Assembly: GCA_964436165.1 (NCBI GenBank)
Contig: CAYTBY010000003.1
Coordinates: 1 to 62,533 of the forward strand
Source of the DNA: an uncultured Candidatus Saccharibacteria bacterium
GTDB lineage: Bacteria > Patescibacteriota > Minisyncoccia > 2-02-FULL-40-12 > GWA2-44-9
Length of the DNA: 62,533 nt
Reading direction: 5' to 3'
In this document: positions 41,189 through 49,922 of the stretch, piece by piece
Layout of the letters: every line of letters starts with the position of its first letter
How positions within the stretch are numbered: position 1 is the stretch's first letter
Position numbers and translations under genes: made by a program
Notes under the pieces: generated by a model
What the model saw: the letters and a program-made list of their open reading frames with translations, nothing else
Database searches by the model: none
What the model was told of the DNA's origin: nothing

Positions 41189-41642
41189 TGGTAAAATAAT
41201 TGATTTCTACTAACGTTGCACGATCCGCCGTAAACAAGTCTTCTAGTGTCTTGACGCTCCCAACACTAACGTACGTTAAAAAGTCCTTAATTGAGCCGTC
41301 GAGAAACTCGGTTTTTGGATGAAATGGGCTTCCGCTGAGTATTTGTTCCTGGGTAAAACTTAGTTTAGTATTTTTAAAAATTGTTTGGGGAGTAACTTTA
41401 AAAGTAACGGTTCTATTTTCTCTGCGCTTATCCTTGGGGTCTAATGAGCTTATCATGCCCTCAATGACTATTGAGCTATCGGTCACTTTAAGGACTTTAC
41501 TGTACTGATATGTAAATTCTTGAATTGGGCCGGGTCTTTCTGGATAATTTTTATATCTATACAACACCAACAGAAATCCAGAGATGGCAACTATTACTAC
41601 AAGAATTTTTATTAAATTTTTATGCATCCTATCTAATACCAT
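41160..41642 (-). CDS. Membrane-anchored hypothetical protein
   Basis: N-terminal transmembrane segment; TATAAT lies 7 nt upstream of the ATG. Confidence 0.65.
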   Translation of the reverse strand: MVLDRMHKNLIKILVVIVAISGFLLVLYRYKNYPERPGPIQEFTYQYSKVLKVTDSSIVIEGMISSLDPKDKRRENRTVTFKVTPQTIFKNTKLSFTQEQILSGSPFHPKTEFLDGSIKDFLTYVSVGSVKTLEDLFTADRATLVEINYFTNDSPPLPVK

Positions 41643-41746
41643 TGCTAATATTATACTTCTAATTACCCCCAGAGACTAGTTTATTATCAACAAATAAGCT
41701 GGCTCTAAAGTGGGCCAGCTTATGGAAGTTCGTAAAAAAATTTAAA

Positions 41747-42286
41747 TTAATCTACTATCCAGTTCAAGACAATATCTGTTCTAATGTCTACTCTGCTCCA
41801 GTTGATCTCGTGTGGATTTACTAAAATGCTAAAATCTGGAGAATTGGAAAATATACAGCCCGGCCTGTTAAATTCTTCAGAAATTGAGGGGAACAACGCC
41901 CCCACCACAGAAACAGTAGTTATACCGTATCCTTTGCCAAAAGAGTACACCAATTCTCTCGGGCCCATAATTCCAAGCATACCAGCAGAACCCGACTGAG
42001 TAGTTGAAAAACATTTAGCAATCAGAGTAGCACCATCGCTTCTGGTAAACACTAACCCGATAATCATGCCGCTATAAGTGCCCAGGTCATAACTGAAGTA
42101 AACCCTATACTCGCTACCGGGATTCATTACAGAATTAACTCTGGGCATATATGACGTCACCTCTAGAGAACTCCTGGGAGTACTTCCACCCGGAGCGGTA
42201 GGAGATTTACCGCAGCCTACCAGGAAAATAAAAATCAAGAGAAGGTAAAACTGCTTATTGTGGCTCATGATCCCTCCAACTACCAC
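41747..42286 (-). CDS. Putative lipoprotein
   Basis: Lipobox-like FLVG-C after a hydrophobic stretch. Confidence 0.6.
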   Translation of the reverse strand: MVVGGIMSHNKQFYLLLIFIFLVGCGKSPTAPGGSTPRSSLEVTSYMPRVNSVMNPGSEYRVYFSYDLGTYSGMIIGLVFTRSDGATLIAKCFSTTQSGSAGMLGIMGPRELVYSFGKGYGITTVSVVGALFPSISEEFNRPGCIFSNSPDFSILVNPHEINWSRVDIRTDIVLNWIVD

Positions 42287-42858
42287 TTGAGTTGAACATT
42301 GAAAGCACCCCGGGGAACTAGATTAGATTTCTCGTAATTCATTTTCCGGTTGTTAGCAACAGCACCATAAAGGCTGAGGGATGCCTGAAAAAAGTTCAAT
42401 CCAATTGCCACCTTGCGCCAAGCTCCGCCTTTTTTGTAAAGAAGATGGTTGACCGTCAGCAAACCGGCGCCATATATAGCGTTGGCAATCACTATTGATC
42501 TTGCATCAGTGTCTCTGATACCTAGCATAGAAGTCCAACCAGTCTCAGTGAACCCTACTGTCTTTTCAACGCTGACAACAGAGGAACAGCTGGCGTTTTC
42601 ACAGCGCTGATAATTAACATGAAAAGTAGTGCTGATGTTTCTAGCTGTGGTCTGCATATCCCAAACCATGGCGCCGACTACTGCTCCCTGGGAAATTTGA
42701 TATACGACTTTTTCGTATTTTGTTGGATAATCTGATTCGTTCGAAGAAGTAATCGCTACAGAATCGGCATCGCTGAACTGGTTTTGCCCATATACCGTAT
42801 CGGAAAAAATCAGTATAAAAACTAACAAAATCATGGCCCTTGTAATCAAGAGTTTCAT
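42280..42858 (-). CDS. Secreted/membrane hypothetical protein
   Basis: Signal peptide-like N-terminus; GGGGGCT SD-like motif upstream. Confidence 0.6.
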   Translation of the reverse strand: MKLLITRAMILLVFILIFSDTVYGQNQFSDADSVAITSSNESDYPTKYEKVVYQISQGAVVGAMVWDMQTTARNISTTFHVNYQRCENASCSSVVSVEKTVGFTETGWTSMLGIRDTDARSIVIANAIYGAGLLTVNHLLYKKGGAWRKVAIGLNFFQASLSLYGAVANNRKMNYEKSNLVPRGAFNVQLKW

Positions 42859-42945
42859 AGCCCCCCCTTTTTGTCCTTTTGTTACTTGTTAACGGTCTAA
42901 TCTATGTATAACATAAAAACGAAGAAATGTCAAAAAAGTCGTAAT

Positions 42946-42994
42946 ATCCCGGTCGCGGATGGTAACCGTGTCGTCTTCGAGAGTTTGAGAATCA
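42946..42994 (-). pseudogene. Diverged fragment of the glycyl-tRNA synthetase 3' end
   Basis: Encodes DSQTLEDDTVTIRDRD versus DFQTLEDDTVTVRDRD at 44015-44063; 40/49 nt identical. Confidence 0.8.
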
Positions 42995-43008
42995 ATCAAT
43001 TTTCCACC

Positions 43009-43629
43009 TCATTTCATATACTGCTCCACCGCAGATAACAAGACCTTTTTAATCTCATCCCAGCCTACCTCCTGAATCATTTCTGGAAACTCACTTTTTT
43101 CGGCATCTTTAAAATAAGTTATAGATTTTAAAAGATGGGTCTCGTTGTAATCAATACCCGCGAACTTCTCCTTTAAAAAAGATAGGAGTTGCCCCAGTTC
43201 ATACTCTTTCAACAAAAAATATAGATCAACAAAGTCTTTATAAGTTCCCCGCCGAGCAACGGCTTCCAATTTCATTACGGCTATATCGGGGCGGCCGGCC
43301 AAATAGATACCGCTCTTGTAGCGCGTCTTTGGGGAAATAAGCGGATACGGATATTCAAAAAAACTGATTTTTACTCCGTCTAAAGCGCCATTAAAAGTCT
43401 TCTCCCCCTCACTATCAACGGTAAGTTTACCGAGTTTTGAAAGTTTTTCCCTAAAAGAAGAATTATAAGAAAATTTCTCGGCAAACCAATCAAGATCTAC
43501 CGAAAAACGATGGCCGTAATAAAGCGCCAGAGCGGTTCCGCCGGCTAAATAAAAATCCTTGGTGAGTCCGGCTTGATCTAATAACTCGAGAACGTATTTG
43601 GTATTTTGAGTAAGGGCTTTCTCGTGCAT
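43009..43629 (-). CDS. AbiEii-like nucleotidyltransferase (type IV TA toxin)
   Basis: FYLAGGTALALYYGHRFSVDLDWF and KDFVDLY motifs. Confidence 0.85.
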   Translation of the reverse strand: MHEKALTQNTKYVLELLDQAGLTKDFYLAGGTALALYYGHRFSVDLDWFAEKFSYNSSFREKLSKLGKLTVDSEGEKTFNGALDGVKISFFEYPYPLISPKTRYKSGIYLAGRPDIAVMKLEAVARRGTYKDFVDLYFLLKEYELGQLLSFLKEKFAGIDYNETHLLKSITYFKDAEKSEFPEMIQEVGWDEIKKVLLSAVEQYMK

Positions 43630-43886
43630 TTTATTTTATTAACCGGAATGGAAAGAATAAACGCCCAAAAATTAGCACTCCGAGGGTCAGTAAATATGTG
43701 GCCTATGGCGACTTCGATTATTTTTTCTTTACCGTATAGCTGTTCGACTAAGCGCCATTCTTTCAAGTTGCCGAAATCTAAAACCCGTCCGATAATAAAT
43801 TGGGCATCTTTTTCCGTATCAAGACGCTTGGGATTTATATCCCAAAACAAAGAGTTTCTAAAGTTACCTAGGGAATTAATATCCAT
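43578..43886 (-). CDS. Putative cognate antitoxin
   Basis: LFWDINP...FIIGRVLDFG motif typical of small partners of AbiEii genes; overlaps the toxin gene. Confidence 0.7.
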   Translation of the reverse strand: MDINSLGNFRNSLFWDINPKRLDTEKDAQFIIGRVLDFGNLKEWRLVEQLYGKEKIIEVAIGHIFTDPRSANFWAFILSIPVNKIKCTRKPLLKIPNTFSSY

Positions 43887-43948
43887 CCAAACATTATATC
43901 ATAAAATAACTTAAAATCCAAAATAAAAAGCTACTAATGCCGAGGTTC

Positions 43949-45247
43949 CTACTTTAATTTTTCCAAAATATAGTTATTAAGCTCGCCGACCGCTATCCTC
44001 TCCTGTTTCGCCGTATCCCTGTCTCTGACGGTCACTGTGTCGTCTTCGAGGGTTTGAAAGTCAGCGGTAATACATACTGGCGTCCCTATTTCATCTTGAG
44101 AGTAGTATCGCTTGCCTATGTTTCCCCTGTCGTCCCAGGCAGTGTTGAAGTCAAACTTCAACAGTTGGTAAATAGAGCGGGCTTTTTCGATAAGTTGAGG
44201 TTTATTAGCCAGTAACGGGAATACTGCCGCTTTATACGGTGCAAGTTTCGGCGGAAGTTTTAATATCACTCTCCCATCCTCTTCTTGGTATGCCTCAAGA
44301 AGGGCCACAAGCACAGAGCGGCTCAAGCCGAATGTCGGCTCTACCACATGAGGCACGAGCTTCTCCCCTGTTTCCGGATCGGTATAACTCAAGTCCTGGC
44401 CGCTTTTATCCATATGATTTTTAAGGTCGAAGTCAGTGCGATACGCCAGACCATAAAGTTCTTTTTGTCCAAAAGGGTAGTCATATTCGAAATCTATCGT
44501 GCGTTTAGAATAATGGGCTCTCTCTCCGTCGGGAATTTCTACTTCATGAACATTTTTTAGATCAACGCCGATATCTTTGAGCCATTCCCTCATTTGTTCC
44601 CGCCAGTATTCAAACCACTTTTCCCACTCGCTTTCTTTTGTAAAGTACTCAAATTCCATTAGATCGAATTCGCGGGTCCGGAAAATAAAATTCCCAGGAG
44701 TTATCTCATTGCGAAAAGCCACTCCTTGAGAAGCTATGCCGAAGGGAAGGCGGACACGCGTAGTATCAAGCACGTTTTTAAAATTAACAAACATTGCCTG
44801 GGCTATCTCGCCTCGTAAGTAGGTTATATTCGAAGAGTCCTCTGTGGGTCCGAGCCGGATCGGAAACATTAGATTAAACTGCTTGGCTTCAGTAAATTCT
44901 TTACTGCCGCAATTGGAACACGCCCCCTTAATTTGATCCTCGCGAAATCTTTGATGGCATTTTTTACACTCAACCAAAGGATCGGAGAATTCAGAAACAT
45001 GGCGAGATGCCTCCCAAATTTTAGGGTTCATAAAAATCGCCGCGTCTATCCCAACAATGTCTTCCCGCCGTTCAACAAATTTATTCCACCAAAGATCTTT
45101 AATATTTTTCTTCAATTGAGCGCCTAACGGCCCATAGTCCCATGAATTGGCCAATCCGCCATATATCTCCGACCCGGGGAAGATAAAACCCCTCCGCTTG
45201 CATAAGCTGACAATTTTTTCTAATAAATTTTGTTCTTTATTTTCCAT
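43949..45247 (-). CDS. glyQS: Glycyl-tRNA synthetase, alpha2 (archaeal/eukaryote-like) type
   Basis: LCKRRGFIFPGSEIYGG, FRNEITP, FRTREF and IGKRYYSQDEIG motifs. Confidence 0.96.
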   Translation of the reverse strand: MENKEQNLLEKIVSLCKRRGFIFPGSEIYGGLANSWDYGPLGAQLKKNIKDLWWNKFVERREDIVGIDAAIFMNPKIWEASRHVSEFSDPLVECKKCHQRFREDQIKGACSNCGSKEFTEAKQFNLMFPIRLGPTEDSSNITYLRGEIAQAMFVNFKNVLDTTRVRLPFGIASQGVAFRNEITPGNFIFRTREFDLMEFEYFTKESEWEKWFEYWREQMREWLKDIGVDLKNVHEVEIPDGERAHYSKRTIDFEYDYPFGQKELYGLAYRTDFDLKNHMDKSGQDLSYTDPETGEKLVPHVVEPTFGLSRSVLVALLEAYQEEDGRVILKLPPKLAPYKAAVFPLLANKPQLIEKARSIYQLLKFDFNTAWDDRGNIGKRYYSQDEIGTPVCITADFQTLEDDTVTVRDRDTAKQERIAVGELNNYILEKLK

Positions 45248-45277
45248 GCTACATTCTACTTACTACATACTACTTTC

Positions 45278-46999
45278 TTATTGAACCGTTCCCTCTCGTG
45301 GTTGATCAACAAGATCGTTCGAAGTCAGCCCGTTCTTATTTATTATAATACTTTGTTTGGTAAAGCCATCGGTCCCCGTAAGCTGGACCTTGTCAATTAA
45401 TTGGACTACCGTACCTTTCTGCTGGCTTGACGGTTTAATTTTAACCCTAAAGCTTGCCTCGTATTTATCTGTAAACACTCCTGTCCCATAGGGCAATCTC
45501 AGCAAAATCCATTTAACTTCGATTGAATTAGGATTATATGTCGGTACTGGTAAATTATCACTGGCTTTGGTCATGCCCTCCCACTCAACTCCCGGCGGTA
45601 ACTTAGTCACTAATTCCGGATTCTCGACATCATTCCCGGGATTGGTTAAAAGCCAATGAATTGTAAAATATGTCTCTTCTCCGGCTCGAAGCGGAAACGG
45701 CCCAAAAGAACCAAAGTTTGGATCGTTATAATAAGCCGATTGATTAAGAGTCGGTTCGGTGCCGATTTTTGTTACTAGTCCGGCCGTAACTGCAACTTCG
45801 GGGGCATCAAATCCTGTTGGCACATTCGGCGTTCCGAATTTCGCCGAGGCCTTAACAAACTTATCCTGTGAAGCTCCAGGTATCGACGAAGAAAAAGATG
45901 TTTTCAGGCCAACACTGAAGTTAACTTGCCCCTTTAAGTTCGGCGTAAAGTTGGCAAAATCAGAGATAGTACTGCTGTTCCAGCTAATTGTTTTAGCGGC
46001 ATCATCAAAAAATCCGCCCCTGGTATCCAGATTGGTAAAGTCAAAAGTGTCGCCCTCCAGCTTAACCGACAAATTCATGCCAAAAAAATTAACATTCGAA
46101 TTGTTGGCATATTGCACGGTATAGTTAAGCCGATCGCCGAGAGAGGCCGAATAATCGGTAACACCGTTAACTAAAATTTCCAATCCCAAAACCGGATTAG
46201 ATATTACCGTCATGGCCGACGATTTTTGATAATCAACATATTTTCCGCTTATCTTTCTTTTTAATTTTACAGAGACAACTTTGCTCTCCCCCTCGTTGCC
46301 TTTAATAATGCCGTTTATGGTTATTCTATTGCCACTCCCCTTTTTAAGCGACTGAATCTGCCAAGAATTATTTCCTGAGTTAGGACTAGGATTAAACTCT
46401 CGGGGAGTAAAACCGTCCGGGTAATCAAACTCCAAGATCAAGTCGGAGGCATCCTCGCCGGAAGTGTTTCTGTAATCAAGAATGTACTGAACCCCGGCTC
46501 CGGAAACTGTACTTGGAGGAGCAACCAGAGTAATGGTTATGGGGGCACTGGTTATTGTCGTGGAGAGAGTCGCGTTCTTTTCGAAAGTGGAGCTTAGATT
46601 CCCCGATCTGAAAGAGAGTACGGCTTTGGCAACTTTTATGCCACCCTTTTCACCAATAAGAAAGGCCTTGAATTCCTTCTCGCCCTTTTCACCGGAAGCA
46701 AGTTCGTCAATCTTAAAATCCTCGCTATAATCCTCAAAAATTTTACCATCTATTAAAACAGCCGAGCCCTCCGGATAAATAAAGGCAAAATCAAGATCAT
46801 AAAGCGTACTTCTGGTTTCGTTGGAATATTTTAATTTATATACCACCTCTTCGCCGGAAGTTACCTGGGTCGGGCCCTCAAGTTCAAAAACCACATCTCT
46901 TTCGCGAAAAGACGGCCCGCTAAACCAAAAGGAAGAGATGGCCACGATTAATAAGACAAAAGCCAGTAAAACTAAGTATTTAAGTATCTTAGAACTCAT
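45278..46999 (-). CDS. Membrane-anchored extracellular beta-sandwich (DUF11-like) protein
   Basis: N-terminal transmembrane segment; repeated YxLxYxN motifs. Confidence 0.7.
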   Translation of the reverse strand: MSSKILKYLVLLAFVLLIVAISSFWFSGPSFRERDVVFELEGPTQVTSGEEVVYKLKYSNETRSTLYDLDFAFIYPEGSAVLIDGKIFEDYSEDFKIDELASGEKGEKEFKAFLIGEKGGIKVAKAVLSFRSGNLSSTFEKNATLSTTITSAPITITLVAPPSTVSGAGVQYILDYRNTSGEDASDLILEFDYPDGFTPREFNPSPNSGNNSWQIQSLKKGSGNRITINGIIKGNEGESKVVSVKLKRKISGKYVDYQKSSAMTVISNPVLGLEILVNGVTDYSASLGDRLNYTVQYANNSNVNFFGMNLSVKLEGDTFDFTNLDTRGGFFDDAAKTISWNSSTISDFANFTPNLKGQVNFSVGLKTSFSSSIPGASQDKFVKASAKFGTPNVPTGFDAPEVAVTAGLVTKIGTEPTLNQSAYYNDPNFGSFGPFPLRAGEETYFTIHWLLTNPGNDVENPELVTKLPPGVEWEGMTKASDNLPVPTYNPNSIEVKWILLRLPYGTGVFTDKYEASFRVKIKPSSQQKGTVVQLIDKVQLTGTDGFTKQSIIINKNGLTSNDLVDQPREGTVQ

Positions 47000-47003
47000 T
47001 TTT

Positions 47004-47687
47004 CTATCTTAACATAGAATTCAAGAAATTTAAGGAGTTGAGTTTTTTTTCGGCCAAACCCTCGAATAAGGCCCCGATAATAGCTGGCGTTTGCCAATCA
47101 TTACTTTTCAGAACTATTCCTTTTTGTCCCGAAAGAAAACAGTTTTTACAAACCCCACCCTTGACTTCGGTGCTATAAGCCATCAGTAGGCCATCTAAAG
47201 AAGCCGAACAAAAAGCACACTCGTTAAAATTAGGAGCATAGCCAAGAATGTTCAAAAATTCAACCTGTTTTTCTATTAAAAATTCCTTATGCCCAGAAGC
47301 AAGGCTTCCGGGAACTTGGGGAGTATTCAAATCCCCTACTAAAGTTGCGATGAAATTCCACAATTCTTCATCTTTTTGATAATCAAAAGCTGCTTTATCG
47401 ATGACTTCGGCAAAAAAATAGGCTGTAGCCAGAGACGGCAGATTATTCTTCAAATTAGCAAACGTCTGTTCAGCTTGAGCGCCGGTAATGATCGGGGTGG
47501 CTCGGCCATTTAGAAGTTCGAAATCAACCAGATTAAAAATATCCAGATGCATCGCCTGAATGGAGCTTGGCTTCAAAACACTCTTCGCTATCGCCGTCAC
47601 TTTCCCGAATTCTTCGGTATAACAAGTCACCAACTGATCATACTCATTGGTGTTTTGTTTTTTTAGAATTATTGCTTTAGTACGCAT
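47004..47687 (-). CDS. recO: DNA repair protein RecO
   Basis: YTEEFGKVTAIAKS N-terminal OB fold; CAFC/CKNC zinc finger. Confidence 0.9.
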   Translation of the reverse strand: MRTKAIILKKQNTNEYDQLVTCYTEEFGKVTAIAKSVLKPSSIQAMHLDIFNLVDFELLNGRATPIITGAQAEQTFANLKNNLPSLATAYFFAEVIDKAAFDYQKDEELWNFIATLVGDLNTPQVPGSLASGHKEFLIEKQVEFLNILGYAPNFNECAFCSASLDGLLMAYSTEVKGGVCKNCFLSGQKGIVLKSNDWQTPAIIGALFEGLAEKKLNSLNFLNSMLR

Positions 47688-47694
47688 ATCCAGT

Positions 47695-47717
47695 TTATAG
47701 TGGTCAGACCACTATAA
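47695..47717. repeat. REP-like palindrome flanking the transposase
   Basis: TTATAGTGGTC-a-GACCACTATAA. Confidence 0.85.
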
Positions 47718-47720
47718 TAC

Positions 47721-48407
47721 TTATTCAAATTCCGCCTGCTTCCACTTCCCTGCCAAAATAATATCTCGCGAAAAAGATTTAAATTTTGCTGAAGTATCAA
47801 AAAAGTCTTTAAAAATTTCCTTTTCTATAACAGGAGAAATATTTCGCATACCAGAATAGTCGCCCAAACTCGAGAATGAGTAAGTATTGGCCCATTTCCA
47901 CGCATCCTCAAAATTTTTCTGTGCACCAATTAGTCCGTTTTTAGGATAAAGTTCGAAAACATTTTTAACCATTATATATACTGCAACGTAGCATAAATAT
48001 TCGTCGGTTTTAATTGTCTTTGACTTATACGCACCCTGAAACAAACTTCCTTTTTCTTTATATTTAAGATTTGCGTGTTCAGTCATACTCTGGCCAATTT
48101 TTTTCATAAACAAAGAAGTGCCGCCTTTGCGTATTTCTTTTAATAACAAGTGGATATGATTGGGCATTAATGTATAACATAAAATATTTACTAGTGGTTT
48201 TTGTTTGGGCCAATTATCGGGACGATAGAATAGGCCCTTACCTTTTGTTATAACTGACCAATTAAAATCAACGTGTTCATCGTTCATAAAAAATAGAATG
48301 CGCAAAAAACGCCACATGTCTGACTCGTCATGAACAATGTCTATGCCACGCGCACCCCTTTTAAGTACGTGCAGATAAGAACCTGTTGTGTATGGCTCAA
48401 TTCTCAT
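47721..48407 (-). mobile_element. HUH (Y1) transposase, RAYT/IS200-like
   Basis: YLHVLKRG, LMPNHIHL (HUH), GSLFQGAY, putative catalytic Tyr in AVYIMVKN, YSFSS. Confidence 0.88.
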
Positions 48408-48434
48408 AAATATATCCTAACATATGTTTTAAAC

Positions 48435-48463
48435 ATCTTATAGTGGTCTAACCACTATAAGAT
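48435..48463. repeat. REP-like palindrome flanking the transposase
   Basis: ATCTTATAGTGGT-cta-ACCACTATAAGAT; contains the stop codon of the upstream hydrolase. Confidence 0.85.
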
Positions 48464-49036
48464 TGTCATTTTTAATAGTTCCTCCAAAACAACCAGCAGT
48501 TCGGTTGTACCCCAGTTGCTACTGAAATGCTTCATTTTGTGCTGAACTATTATTTTCGAACCGAGTTTATTCCTAAAGTCATCTTGATTGTCTAACGGTA
48601 CGTATGGGTCGTCATCAGAGAAAATAGCAACGCTACGGTCAAAATGACTTTTTACTTTTGCCAGGTCTAGGGGTGTTTTCATCCAATCTTTTTCAACTTC
48701 TTCAAAATCAGGCTCTTCTCTAAGCCCAGTCAGCCGTTTAAAAAATCCCGCCACGAAAACTATACCACCCACACTTATACCTTCGGACAGTGTTTCCAAA
48801 TATCTGGCAATTGCCTGGCAACCCATACTATGACCCACGAAATATGTGTTTTCATCTGGAGTTTTAACAACTTCAGTAATTGCTGGAATCCATTTCTTTA
48901 TCCTTGGACTATCAGCATCGGGCATTTGTGGGACATGAGCTTCGAATCCCCTATTCTCAAGCTCATGCTTAAGCCATGGAAACCAATTTTCCTCCGGATA
49001 CCCCTCCCAACCATGAATTATAAATACTCGTTTCAT
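48455..49036 (-). CDS. RBBP9/YdeN-family alpha/beta hydrolase
   Basis: IIHGW, VGHSMG nucleophile motif, SDDDPYVP, late His. Confidence 0.9.
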   Translation of the reverse strand: MKRVFIIHGWEGYPEENWFPWLKHELENRGFEAHVPQMPDADSPRIKKWIPAITEVVKTPDENTYFVGHSMGCQAIARYLETLSEGISVGGIVFVAGFFKRLTGLREEPDFEEVEKDWMKTPLDLAKVKSHFDRSVAIFSDDDPYVPLDNQDDFRNKLGSKIIVQHKMKHFSSNWGTTELLVVLEELLKMTIL

Positions 49037-49042
49037 AAAAAT

Positions 49043-49699
49043 TTAATTAAAAACCAGATACTTGCCTTCGCTTATTATTTCTAATTCCCCGTCAACAACC
49101 TTTAAAGCCGACTGGTCGTCCATGGCATAAATCTTTTCGGGTATATCTTTCACCGCCTTCCTTATATTATCCTCTACTCTCAAATTAAAATGAAGGGAGT
49201 TAAGATGCGGTAAAAAATAAAAATCTACATAATTAAGTCCGGCCATATCCTCCCTCCTCTCCAAATCCTCTCCGTAGAGAATCTGGGACTGCTTTAGCGC
49301 CAAGTCCTTGCCCGTTACCATGCTACCGGCGCTTAAGCCCACATATACCCTGGTTTTAAGTAATTCTGGCAGGATGTCTGTGAGTCCCGACTTATTCATC
49401 CACTCCATCAGGTGGTAGCTATTTCCACCCTCAAAAAACAGGACATTAGCTTCTTCCATTTTGGGTAGCCAAATTTTCTTATCAACCGCCGAAATATCAG
49501 CAATATCAATAGACTTAAAATTTTGTTTCTTTAAGTTTATTAAGTCGTTAATAAGCCAGTCCTTATCCCCTTTTTCTACGTTAGAAGCGGTCGGAATAAA
49601 GACCAAAGAAGTATCTTTTGGTTTTTTGCCAACCAAATCAAAAAGGGCATCAGCAATTGATTTATTAGTTAAACCCCCGGATGTAAGTAGTAATTTCAT
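49043..49699 (-). CDS. Peptidase E (S51 family)
   Basis: FIPTAS, EGGNS, GLSAGS and LPH motifs; start placed at MKLLLTSGG. Confidence 0.88.
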   Translation of the reverse strand: MKLLLTSGGLTNKSIADALFDLVGKKPKDTSLVFIPTASNVEKGDKDWLINDLINLKKQNFKSIDIADISAVDKKIWLPKMEEANVLFFEGGNSYHLMEWMNKSGLTDILPELLKTRVYVGLSAGSMVTGKDLALKQSQILYGEDLERREDMAGLNYVDFYFLPHLNSLHFNLRVEDNIRKAVKDIPEKIYAMDDQSALKVVDGELEIISEGKYLVFN

Positions 49700-49769
49700 A
49701 AAAATTAAAGTGTTTAGAAAATAAAGCGGAGCCCTTTCCATTTTGCAGACCTTCCGGTTTCGAGAAGGG

Positions 49770-49874
49770 CACAATAATTAAATTAATTGATAATTTGGCT
49801 ATATTGATTTCGGGTGTTGAGACTTTGGGAAACAGGGCCTGAAATCAATAAGCTAAATTGAAATTAATTTAATT
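49770..49874 (+). repeat. ~100-bp hairpin-forming dispersed repeat, copy B
   Basis: Nearly identical to the reverse complement of 2342-2446. Confidence 0.9.
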
Positions 49875-49922
49875 ATTTGCCGAAGAAATCCGGCCGGTCG
49901 AAAAATGGGAAGGGCGAAAGCT

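Noticed and set aside
37048-42858. Prophage or diversity-generating retroelement explanation for the surface locus
   Set aside because: No integrase, capsid, terminase or reverse transcriptase, and no template/variable repeat pair was seen.
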